From IMG/VR virus record IMGVR_UViG_3300038345_000251, positions 183,248-247,247 of that record: a stretch of DNA of 64,000 nt. The stretch is one strand, 5' to 3'. Shown piece by piece: positions 43,144 through 51,415 of the stretch (positions are counted from its first letter, which is position 1; each line of letters starts with the position of its first letter). The stretch comes from a virus. Its lineage: Duplodnaviria > Heunggongvirae > Uroviricota > Caudoviricetes. The translations under genes and the position numbers were made by a program. Below the pieces are notes generated by a model. The model was not told the DNA's origin and searched no databases. It saw only the letters and a list, made by a program, of their open reading frames with translations.

Positions 43144-44502
43144 TTTTTTTACTTTAGCAATAAGTTCGTCCCTCATTTCCTTTAGTTGTTTGTTACTAAT
43201 TCCAAATTTATTAAGATGAAAATTTCTATGATTTTCTTTAGACAATAAAACCAAGTTATCTGGTTCACTATTTCCACCATCAGCAAAAGCTTTTATATGA
43301 TGTGCGTGCATTTCAGAAAGTTCGTAATGTTTATTGTCAAGTGGGTCAATTCCTCCTTGTTTACTATACATTTCTGCTTTATCATCTGGAGTAAAAGAAC
43401 GTAAACAAAGATAGTCATGAATTTCGTTTTCATTTTCACCACGAATTACCCATTCATAAATTCCTTTTGAATCATAAAAAGTTCTTGTGGGAACAAAACT
43501 TACAAGTTGTTTACAACGTTCAGTAATATGTATTTTTTCTTCTTCAGTAAATTCTTTATTAGAATATTCAGTAAACAATTTACCCCAATCTTGTGATTGA
43601 ATTGATTGCCATGTTTTAGGTTTATAATTATGAAGGAATATATCATTTACCCAATCAATAACTTTTTTATAATGGTTAATAAGTTCATTTGCATCAGCGT
43701 CTTTTTGATGTTTAGCCATATAACAGCATATCCTATTATCTTCATGTTCTTTCCCACGAAGTTCTGGATAATCATAGTAACTTTTCCAATCTAATGCAAG
43801 TTCAAGATATTCAGCACGTTCAATACATCTATTTTTGCTATATTTAAGTGTACAATATTTATAGTCTTTATTTTTCAGTTTATTTTTACTATGACTAGTT
43901 GTAGCACTAAAGTATTTTTTTGCATCTTCAAGCCATTCACCACGATAAATGGCATTACGAATTTCTTGTGGTACAAGAATGGCATTTGGTTGGTTAATTC
44001 TACGAAACCATGCAATACGAGCATCTTCATCACCAATACAATAAGTAATATCAAGTGGATAATTAAGAAGTTTTTCTCGTTTCTCTATAGTAAGATTTTC
44101 AAAATGATGTTTATCACCATTAATCATAATTTCGAAATCACCATTTACAAAATCACAAATAGTTTTAATTCTTTGTTGTCCATCAAGTACTTCAAGAAAA
44201 CCACTAATACCTTTAGGGTCATTTATATCTACACCAAGATAAATACGATTAATGGGAAATCCACAAATAATAGAGTTAATAAGGTTTTCTCTCCAATTTT
44301 TAGTTAAATCAGCAATATATGCTCTCTGATATTTAGGACGTATGTTCAAACGTCCATTCATTGAAGAAATCCCACCAATATCATTTTCAGAATTATCAAC
44401 ATATCCTTCTATAATGTCACGAATAAGAAGTGTAGCATTGATGGGAGTCATTTTAATTGTAGAAAAGTCGGTAAAAGCTTTTGTACTGTTTTTTTTTGCC
44501 AT
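43132..44502 (-). CDS. DUF262 (ParB/GmrS-like) + HNH restriction-type endonuclease
   Basis: RPKYQR, LINSII.GFP, VLDGQQR, WFRRIN (DUF262); C-terminal HAHHIKAFADGG...NLVLL...NH (HNH). Confidence 0.85.
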   Translation of the reverse strand: MAKKNSTKAFTDFSTIKMTPINATLLIRDIIEGYVDNSENDIGGISSMNGRLNIRPKYQRAYIADLTKNWRENLINSIICGFPINRIYLGVDINDPKGISGFLEVLDGQQRIKTICDFVNGDFEIMINGDKHHFENLTIEKREKLLNYPLDITYCIGDEDARIAWFRRINQPNAILVPQEIRNAIYRGEWLEDAKKYFSATTSHSKNKLKNKDYKYCTLKYSKNRCIERAEYLELALDWKSYYDYPELRGKEHEDNRICCYMAKHQKDADANELINHYKKVIDWVNDIFLHNYKPKTWQSIQSQDWGKLFTEYSNKEFTEEEKIHITERCKQLVSFVPTRTFYDSKGIYEWVIRGENENEIHDYLCLRSFTPDDKAEMYSKQGGIDPLDNKHYELSEMHAHHIKAFADGGNSEPDNLVLLSKENHRNFHLNKFGISNKQLKEMRDELIAKVKKFGN

Positions 44503-44618
44503 AATTTTTATTAATTTAAAATTTTAAAATAAGTTAACAAATGTTTTTAAAATTAGTATTCAAATTTTATACCAAATCATAAAAAATTAAACTTTTATAA
44601 TGTTTTTTTAGTCTAAAA

Positions 44619-44638
44619 TACTCAATTCCAAATTATTG
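44619..44638 (+). repeat. Left copy of 20-bp perfect inverted repeat
   Basis: tactcaattccaaattattg; exact reverse complement at 44848-44867. Confidence 0.95.
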
Positions 44639-44763
44639 ATGCAAGAGATATTGGATTAAATGAAAAACAAAAAAATAAATCCACATATCTTATTAAAGAT
44701 GCTGATTCAGCAATTAATGGTAAACCCACTTATGCAAGAATCTGTATTAAAAAATTTTTTTAA
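44620..44763 (+). other. Silent alternative C-terminal cassette of the EcoRI-family methyltransferase
   Basis: Start-less open frame TQFQIIDARDIGLNEKQKNKSTYLIKDADSAINGKPTYARICIKKFF*. It begins with the same TQFQII as the expressed tail and ends in an ING...Y.R..IKK.F motif. Confidence 0.85.
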
Positions 44764-45781
44764 TTAGAACTCTATTATAAATTTTTTGTCCATTAATAAT
44801 TGTGAGACAAGGAAAATCACCAATGTATCTAACATTATTAGCAATTCCAATAATTTGGAATTGAGTAGGATTATATTTACCAAGGAAAGTAATAGGTACA
44901 CCCATAACACCATCATAATCCATAGGAATGTTTTCTACCCTACTTACTTCAATAGCATCATAGTTATCATACTTAGGATAATCAGTAGAATTATATTCTT
45001 TGTATAAATCCAGTATTTCACTTCTTTTTCTATGTTCAATGTTAGTAAACCAGCAAATATTTCCAAAACTTCTCCAGTTTGTTCCATTTTCATCTTTCCA
45101 ACTTCTTGTTTCTCTTGTTTCATAATTATTAGGAACAACAAAAGACATGTCACCAATACCTTTTGTACCAAGCCAAAGCTGGTTATTTTTAATATAGGGA
45201 AATATTTCCTTATAGGTAATAGCATTTTGGTTTCCAATAATAATGAATTTCTTATTGAAGTCCATTAGTTGTTTTACATATTCTCTAAACAGAGAGAAAG
45301 GAGGATTAGTGACAACTACATCTGCTTGTTTGAGATATTCAATAACATTTCTACTACGAAAATCACCACATCCATAAATACCTTTTGCCCAACATTTTTC
45401 TTTTTCTTCAAAATTGAAATCTTTATCATCTACAAGAATGGTTCTACTTGCACCACTTTCACGAATTATTCTAATATCTTCTTCACTAATAATACCATCA
45501 CCATTCATATCTTCACCTTGGTATTCAAAAGCAAAGGCTATTTTTTCATTATTTACATCATAAAAAGTACAAATCAATTTTTTGAGTTTCAAACTTTTAA
45601 ATTTAAGTATAAAATACTTAGTAAAATTACTTTCAAGAGGGTCATCACAATTACAGAAAACAACTTTATTTTCAAAATACTCTTTGTAATATTTCATTTC
45701 TTTCTCAATGTCTTCATACTGAGTGTAGAATTCATCTTTTTTTTCTGTTTTAGCATTGTGAAGGTTATTATTTTTTCCCAT
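44747..45781 (-). CDS. Adenine-specific DNA methyltransferase, EcoRI-methylase family
   Basis: LHNAK..KKDEFYT, VFCNCDDP, GDFRS, VVVTNPPFSLFREY, YPKYDNYDAIEV, MGVPITFL; likely ATG 45781. Confidence 0.9.
   Translation of the reverse strand: MGKNNNLHNAKTEKKDEFYTQYEDIEKEMKYYKEYFENKVVFCNCDDPLESNFTKYFILKFKSLKLKKLICTFYDVNNEKIAFAFEYQGEDMNGDGIISEEDIRIIRESGASRTILVDDKDFNFEEKEKCWAKGIYGCGDFRSRNVIEYLKQADVVVTNPPFSLFREYVKQLMDFNKKFIIIGNQNAITYKEIFPYIKNNQLWLGTKGIGDMSFVVPNNYETRETRSWKDENGTNWRSFGNICWFTNIEHRKRSEILDLYKEYNSTDYPKYDNYDAIEVSRVENIPMDYDGVMGVPITFLGKYNPTQFQIIGIANNVRYIGDFPCLTIINGQKIYNRVLIKKIF
44848..44867 (-). repeat. Right copy of 20-bp perfect inverted repeat (inside MTase CDS)
   Basis: caataatttggaattgagta on +; encodes (P)TQFQII(G) on the minus strand. 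Confidence 0.95.
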
Positions 45782-45859
45782 TTTGTTTTTTTTTTTAATA
45801 AATATATGAAAATTATTTTTATATATAGCACTATTATCAATAATCATGCCACAAAATAG

Positions 45860-45894
45860 AAAAGGGGAAAACTTTATTGATTTTCCCCTTTTTT
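45860..45894. terminator. Intrinsic terminator hairpin
   Basis: aaaaggggaaaa...ttttcccctttttt just after the stop of 45910-46632. Confidence 0.75.
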
Positions 45895-45909
45895 CATCAA
45901 AAGACAAAA

Positions 45910-46632
45910 TTACTTTTCATCAAAATCAAGGAACTTCTGCTTGTAAGCATCAATATCAACAGGTTCATCAGAATCTTTTTCAAGGTGGTAAACCTTATTC
46001 TTGACATAGTTTGCATTTTCCTGTTCCTCTGCTTTCGTCTTGAATTCAGTAACGAGGTCGTTAAGACGGAGGTCAATATTACTTACGTTCTTAATTGAAA
46101 TTGCCTGTGCAATCATCATAGAAACTTCAGCTTTCTTCATAGCATACTTTGCATTAAAGGTTTCAATTTCACGTTCAAGATGTGCGTCTTTTTCTTCAAG
46201 ACTGTTTTTAATTTCTTCCATACGGTTAATCATATCAGAAATACGTTCATACTGATAAACCAAAGAAGCACCATTAGCAACATCAGGATTTGTTGTGTTC
46301 TTAAGTTTAACAATCTGTTTCTTTACGTTAGCACGTGAAAGTTCAGAATTTGCAATTTCTTCATTGATAATTCGTTTAGAACTTGAAATCTGATTCTTTG
46401 AATCAATAAACTGATTAACCTTCACAGCCTTATACTCTTCAATAACTTCCAAGAGTTCGTCTTTGACTGTATTAATGTTACGTTCATTAATAGAACGGAC
46501 AAGACGGTTAAACTTTTTAACAATCTTAGATTCAGAAAGACTGATTTGGTCAGAATTGTTAGAACCAACCACAATGCGGTACGCAATAATTGCAACAACG
46601 GCAATAACAATAGCACTAATTAAGATAAACAT
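45910..46632 (-). CDS. Membrane-anchored coiled-coil protein (PspA/IM30-like)
   Basis: N-terminal TM followed by a long heptad coiled coil. Confidence 0.5.
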   Translation of the reverse strand: MFILISAIVIAVVAIIAYRIVVGSNNSDQISLSESKIVKKFNRLVRSINERNINTVKDELLEVIEEYKAVKVNQFIDSKNQISSSKRIINEEIANSELSRANVKKQIVKLKNTTNPDVANGASLVYQYERISDMINRMEEIKNSLEEKDAHLEREIETFNAKYAMKKAEVSMMIAQAISIKNVSNIDLRLNDLVTEFKTKAEEQENANYVKNKVYHLEKDSDEPVDIDAYKQKFLDFDEK

Positions 46633-46679
46633 GTTTTTAATTTTTTTTAGTTATTAATTTTTTTACAAATATATAATTA

Positions 46680-47237
46680 TTATTTATTTTTTTCAACTTT
46701 TTTTGTCTTAAAATCATAAACCCAATAAGGAATGTTTTCATGAACTTTAGTTATCTGTTCTTTCTTAACATTTGCGTTAATTTCATACATATTGTTCATT
46801 CTACTCCATGATATTGCAGTTGTAATTAAACATGTTGCAATCATAAAAGGAAACACTATTTTACTAAAAAACGCTTTTTTTACTGGATTTACTACACAAT
46901 TAAAAGGAATAAGTAAGAAAATAATACACGCAAGAATAATAAAAAAGGAAAGATAATACAAATGAGTTAAAATAAAAGTCAATACACAAACAATTGAACA
47001 AAACAAAAGAATATATCCAAATTTTTCGGCAATATCAAAATCCTTTTCTTTTTTCTTATTGTATTTGATGATGAGTTTACCGTTTTTACTTTCATAACTG
47101 TATTTTGAATTAGAAACAGCATTATTCGTGGATTTTAAAATTTCACGAATAGATTCATCTAATCGTTTGTCAATGGTAGGTTGTGTGTTTTCTTTCATCC
47201 TGTTAAACCATTCTGGAGATTTATCAATATTTTTCAT
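46680..47237 (-). CDS. Membrane protein (about 3 TM)
   Basis: Hydrophobic helices in the C-terminal half; ATG 47237 lies downstream of a hairpin. Confidence 0.55.
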   Translation of the reverse strand: MKNIDKSPEWFNRMKENTQPTIDKRLDESIREILKSTNNAVSNSKYSYESKNGKLIIKYNKKKEKDFDIAEKFGYILLFCSIVCVLTFILTHLYYLSFFIILACIIFLLIPFNCVVNPVKKAFFSKIVFPFMIATCLITTAISWSRMNNMYEINANVKKEQITKVHENIPYWVYDFKTKKVEKNK

Positions 47238-47246
47238 AATTATATA

Positions 47247-47278
47247 AATGGGTGACAACGTGACAATTGTCACCCATT
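47247..47278. terminator. Hairpin/terminator after RNA ligase
   Basis: aatgggtgacaa-N8-ttgtcacccatt. Confidence 0.7.
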
Positions 47279-47284
47279 ATTAAT

Positions 47285-48895
47285 TTAAGCATTTTCTTCA
47301 TCAAAACCTGCTAACTCTTCAATATCAACTTCGCCAGAATCATGCTGAAGTGCTTCATACATATAGTGACGGTTACACTTTACTTTGAAAGCTTCTGCAC
47401 GAGGGTCATCATCAATTCTAATAACAACACCTTCGTGTGGTGCTCTCATGTTTTCCCACTTCTCATATTCTTTCTTAAGTTTAGCGATAGTTTTCTTTGC
47501 CTGTTTTTCAGAAACAGCCTTTTCATACAATTCCTTTGCAGCAACTGCTTCAGGCTCATACAAATGGCAAAGATGTTCAGTTTCTTCCATGTAGAAACGT
47601 TCCTTATCATTCTTCAATGCCTGAAGAAAGTTTTCGTGCCAATGCATTGTTTCATCAAGTTCAGGGAAAATATCACCGCAACGACCATGATAAAGAATTT
47701 CAAGGAAAAGAACTTTATCAGCAAGTTCTGGATGTTCTTCAACAAGTTTATGTGTCCAAGCATCAACTTGTTCAACATTCCATTCAGTAGTATTACCAAG
47801 TTCATCAGTTACCGTAATACGATAAGGCATAAACTTCCACTGTCCAACCTTACATCCATAATCGTGAACTTTCTGAATCATTTTGTCAGAACCTTCAAGA
47901 TAACCAGCAACTTCACCATAAACAGTCATACCTTTTTCAAGATAAGGTGCAAAATCACGGTTTACACAACCCCAAATGTCAACACCGTAAAAATCATGCC
48001 CTTTACCTGGGTTCACATAACGGTTTTTAATTACTGAACGAGAAGAATAAACATTACCATATTCAGTAAGTTGAACTTTTGCACCAAAGAATTTCTTGAT
48101 TTTCTCCCAAACAGAAAGTTTCCTATTAACAAGAATATTGGCAAGAATGATAGAAGTACCGTGTACCTTAGTGGTAATAGTTACCATAGAATCAGGGTTA
48201 AGGAACTTTGCAATGTTAGCACCTTCAAGTTTAACAGTATCATAATGGAAAGCAAACTGATTTTCCACAAGTCTGTCAAATTTCTTGACCTTCTTCATTC
48301 TTTTATTGAAATGTTTCTGAGAATTTCTTTCAGGATGTTCCTTTACAGGAGGAATATATTTCCAACAAAATTCTTCATCACCAATATGGTTAAACTGAGT
48401 ATCAACAAGTGATTCCCAATCAATATTTGCAAGGTCTTTATCGTAATTTACCAAAGACTTAACACTTGCAACAAAACCATTGGATGCAATACCTTTAAGG
48501 GTAACGATTCTAACACGATTTCTCTTGTTAAAATAGCCAACCATAGATTTTGCTTCTTTATAAAGTTCGTCTGCTTTTTCAGCATTACCTGCTGCTTTTG
48601 CTTCCTCAACTTTATTAAGGAGTTCACCAACCTCAACGTGGTTAGCGTTACGCTCCCACTCAGAAATTTCGTAAAGGTTGTTAGCAGCAAGGAAACCATC
48701 ACAGATTGCAGTTTCTACAGGAACGTAAACCACAATGTCACCTTCCTTGGTATCTTTACCAACAACAATGTCATAACCATTTACAATAGTTCTACAAATT
48801 TTGTCAGCACCTTCAATTGGGTGTATTTCTCCAACCCTACAAATGGTTGCCACATAATTTGGATTTGAATTTTCTTTGATATAGAATTTTTTCAT
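47285..48895 (-). CDS. RNA ligase, DRB0094-like (N-terminal OB/tRNA-binding module + adenylyltransferase)
   Basis: ATICRVGEIHPIEGADKI...GDIVVYVP N-terminus; TTKVHGTS (motif I), YSSRS, VYGEV, EGVVIR, AFKVK; likely ATG 48895. Confidence 0.8.
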   Translation of the reverse strand: MKKFYIKENSNPNYVATICRVGEIHPIEGADKICRTIVNGYDIVVGKDTKEGDIVVYVPVETAICDGFLAANNLYEISEWERNANHVEVGELLNKVEEAKAAGNAEKADELYKEAKSMVGYFNKRNRVRIVTLKGIASNGFVASVKSLVNYDKDLANIDWESLVDTQFNHIGDEEFCWKYIPPVKEHPERNSQKHFNKRMKKVKKFDRLVENQFAFHYDTVKLEGANIAKFLNPDSMVTITTKVHGTSIILANILVNRKLSVWEKIKKFFGAKVQLTEYGNVYSSRSVIKNRYVNPGKGHDFYGVDIWGCVNRDFAPYLEKGMTVYGEVAGYLEGSDKMIQKVHDYGCKVGQWKFMPYRITVTDELGNTTEWNVEQVDAWTHKLVEEHPELADKVLFLEILYHGRCGDIFPELDETMHWHENFLQALKNDKERFYMEETEHLCHLYEPEAVAAKELYEKAVSEKQAKKTIAKLKKEYEKWENMRAPHEGVVIRIDDDPRAEAFKVKCNRHYMYEALQHDSGEVDIEELAGFDEENA

Positions 48896-48914
48896 AATAT
48901 TATTATGTTTTTGT

Positions 48915-49562
48915 TTATTTATTAACAATTGGTATGTCATTTCTGTCATCGTGATAACCTTTATCACCAACTAATGTTGCAAGTGACCCATGAAGATATG
49001 GAAACAATTCAGGATGGAAAAGAAGTGTTCTTGCAAACATTATAGATGCAGAAGCAGAATTACCTGAATGACCATCGTTCCATTCGTCATAACCATCTTC
49101 TATAATGTTTTTTGTAAACTCATAATTAGTATAATAACTTCCATCATCTTTTTGAGCATATTTGTCCCAAGTTTCTATTGTTGTTTGGTCAAGTTCTTCA
49201 CTTTTTTTTACAATAAAATTAGCAAGACTTTCTGCTTGATTAATCACACTCATTTCATAGAGATACAATGGTGACGGTGAATCTGGTTCTTCTTTAAGAA
49301 GTTGATTAAGTTCATCAATCTTTAGTTCAAACTCACAGGTTACGTCATTATAACTTTCCCATCTTTTTTCCTTAAAGTCTTCAAAATTGGCAAACCCATG
49401 TTTTTGTGCTGTTTCATCAGATTTAGATTTCCACACTTTCATTTTAGTGTCATATTCTTCTTTCATTACTTTAGGCTCATCTTCAAAACTATAACCAAGG
49501 TCTCTCAGCCAAAAATTATTGAATCGTTCAATTCTTTTTTCTATAAGTTCTTTAAAGTTCAT
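48915..49562 (-). CDS. Hypothetical protein
   Basis: 215 aa with a DGHSGNS motif. Confidence 0.6.
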   Translation of the reverse strand: MNFKELIEKRIERFNNFWLRDLGYSFEDEPKVMKEEYDTKMKVWKSKSDETAQKHGFANFEDFKEKRWESYNDVTCEFELKIDELNQLLKEEPDSPSPLYLYEMSVINQAESLANFIVKKSEELDQTTIETWDKYAQKDDGSYYTNYEFTKNIIEDGYDEWNDGHSGNSASASIMFARTLLFHPELFPYLHGSLATLVGDKGYHDDRNDIPIVNK

Positions 49563-49626
49563 AATATTATATTGTATTTTTCGTTTATCTCAGTATTATC
49601 AATATCTATGCCAAAGTTTAATGTCT

Positions 49627-49809
49627 CTAATTATTTTTTTCATTTAAATAAGGTGTTTTTAAACCTTTGGCATATGCTGTATAATATAATATTTGATTAT
49701 CTGTCAGATTTTTAAACCACTCTTCAAAAAGGTGATAATATTTAGGAAGAGTATTATATTTCCATTCGTTCCAAAGATATTCTTTTAACATATTATTTAA
49801 TATTATCAA
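49627..49809 (-). CDS. Hypothetical small protein
   Basis: About 55-60-aa ORF in the operon; exact start uncertain. Confidence 0.45.
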   Translation of the reverse strand: MIILNNMLKEYLWNEWKYNTLPKYYHLFEEWFKNLTDNQILYYTAYAKGLKTPYLNEKNN

Positions 49810-50104
49810 TTAAAACATTAGTAATTGTATCTAAATTCATTTTAATTTGGTCATATATATCCCATTTTTCGGATTCTTTTTGACAAGGCCAATCCATTAA
49901 TATAATTTCATATTCGCATCTTGACCAAAACTGATACATAGATTCTTTTTCAATAAAACTTTGAAGTTCTTTGTATGTTTTAGGTTTTTCTTCAAGTTTT
50001 TCATACACATTTACCAAGTATGGTATAATATCATAACTGATAAATTTTTTTCTATTACAATCATAATTTATAACATTAAAATGTTTTATAGGTTTCTTTC
50101 TCAT
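49793..50104 (-). CDS. Hypothetical phage protein
   Basis: 103 aa with YQFWSRCEYEIIL...DIYDQI motif; directly behind a promoter. Confidence 0.6.
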   Translation of the reverse strand: MRKKPIKHFNVINYDCNRKKFISYDIIPYLVNVYEKLEEKPKTYKELQSFIEKESMYQFWSRCEYEIILMDWPCQKESEKWDIYDQIKMNLDTITNVLIDNIK

Positions 50105-50138
50105 ATATTGATTTTTTTAACAAAATTATATACTTTTA

Positions 50139-50170
50139 CAAAGATACGAATTATTTTTGTAATAAACAAA
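50139..50170 (-). promoter_or_regulatory. Bacteroidota sigma-A-type promoter
   Basis: TTTG (50167-50170)-N20-TATCTTTG (50139-50146). Confidence 0.75.
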
Positions 50171-50199
50171 TATTTAATAAGGTATTTTGAGATTAACTA

Positions 50200-50209
50200 A
50201 CTATTTATA
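50200..50209 (+). promoter_or_regulatory. Putative phage late promoter ACTATTTATA
   Basis: 22 nt before ATG 50232. Confidence 0.65.
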
Positions 50210-50231
50210 GGTGAATAAATAGAATTTAGTT

Positions 50232-50483
50232 ATGGCAAGTAAAAAAATAATATTAAAAGAATCACAATATGAACAGTTAATGATTAATTCAATTTTAACT
50301 GAAAGTACTGTTGATGACATACTTAAAAGTCGTGAATTTGAAAAGAAAATCAAGGACACGATAGCTGCTGCCATAAAGAATGATAAAACAATAGAAAGGA
50401 AAATACGTGAAATAGTAAATAAAACAATTAGTGAATTGTTTAAAGTATTATGGATGCGTAGAGATTTCTATAAAGACGTTTAA
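50232..50483 (+). CDS. Small late protein, possible head-internal protein
   Basis: KKIILKESQYEQL...ILTES motif. Confidence 0.55.
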   Translation: MASKKIILKESQYEQLMINSILTESTVDDILKSREFEKKIKDTIAAAIKNDKTIERKIREIVNKTISELFKVLWMRRDFYKDV

Positions 50484-50487
50484 AAAA

Positions 50488-51408
50488 ATGCCAAAAAAAT
50501 TAACCACAGAACAATTTATAGAGAAAGCAAGAGAAATTCACGGAGATAAATATGATTATTCAAAAGTTAATTATGTAGGCTCTATTTCCAGAGTTTGCAT
50601 CATATGTCCTGAACATGGAGAATTTTGGCAAACGCCTAATGTTCATTTAAGTAATCATGGGTGTCCAATATGTTTTTTTGAAAAAATGAAAAAAGATAAT
50701 GCAACTTTTTCAAATCAAATAAAGAAAATACACGGTGAAAATATTTCTATAAACGAAAACGAATACTCAGGAAGAAGAAAGAAAATAAAAGTAAAATGTA
50801 ATGTTTGTGGAAACACATGGCAAACAAGACCTGATGTAATATTAAGTGGATGTGGATGTCAAAGATGTTTTAGAGAAAAAAGAAAATTAACAACTGAAGA
50901 ATTTATAGATAAAGCAAGAGCCGTTCATGGTGATAAATATAATTATTCAAAAATAGAATATATTGATTCACACACTAAAGTATCTATAATATGTCCAGAG
51001 CACGGAGAATTCTGGCAAACACCAAATAACCATATATCAAATAAACAAGGTTGTCCAAAATGTATTGAATATAAATTAGAAAAAGAAATAAAAGATTTAT
51101 TACTTGATAATAAAATAAATTTTGAAACTCAAAAAACGTTTAGTTGGTTAAAAAATAAAAAAAGTTTAAGACTTGATTTTTATTTACCTGATTATAACAT
51201 AGCTATTGAATGTCAAGGTGAGCAGCATTTTAAACCTATTGAACCTTGGGGTGGTGAAGAAACTTATGAGTATACAATAAACAATGATTTACTAAAAAAA
51301 GAATTTTGTAAAAAGCATAATATAGAAATTATTTATTACGGAAAAAATAGTGAATTTTGTTGTACTAATACTGAAACAGTTTTAAAGAATATTTTTAGAA
51401 ATTATTAA
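50488..51408 (+). CDS. Free-standing endonuclease: zinc-binding repeats + Vsr/DUF559-like PD-(D/E)xK domain
   Basis: Repeats FI.KAR..HGDKY.YSK..Y...CPEHGEFWQTP..H....GCP.C; C-terminal LRLDFYLPDYNIAIECQGEQHF. Confidence 0.8.
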   Translation: MPKKLTTEQFIEKAREIHGDKYDYSKVNYVGSISRVCIICPEHGEFWQTPNVHLSNHGCPICFFEKMKKDNATFSNQIKKIHGENISINENEYSGRRKKIKVKCNVCGNTWQTRPDVILSGCGCQRCFREKRKLTTEEFIDKARAVHGDKYNYSKIEYIDSHTKVSIICPEHGEFWQTPNNHISNKQGCPKCIEYKLEKEIKDLLLDNKINFETQKTFSWLKNKKSLRLDFYLPDYNIAIECQGEQHFKPIEPWGGEETYEYTINNDLLKKEFCKKHNIEIIYYGKNSEFCCTNTETVLKNIFRNY

Positions 51409-51415
51409 TAGTTTA

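Noticed and set aside
45470-45520. EF-hand/dockerin-like DMNGDGIISEED in the MTase
   Set aside because: A single short motif in a variable insert; not enough to claim calcium regulation.
44489-45796. Homopolymer phase variation in the R-M genes (T9 at 44489, T8 at 45737, T11 at 45786)
   Set aside because: Runs of this length are common throughout this AT-rich window and both frames are intact.
47342-48037. 231-aa + strand ORF, and similar antisense ORFs such as 45269-45859, 36440-36988 and 42196-42684
   Set aside because: They are shadow ORFs opposite well-supported genes, with F/I-rich non-protein-like composition.
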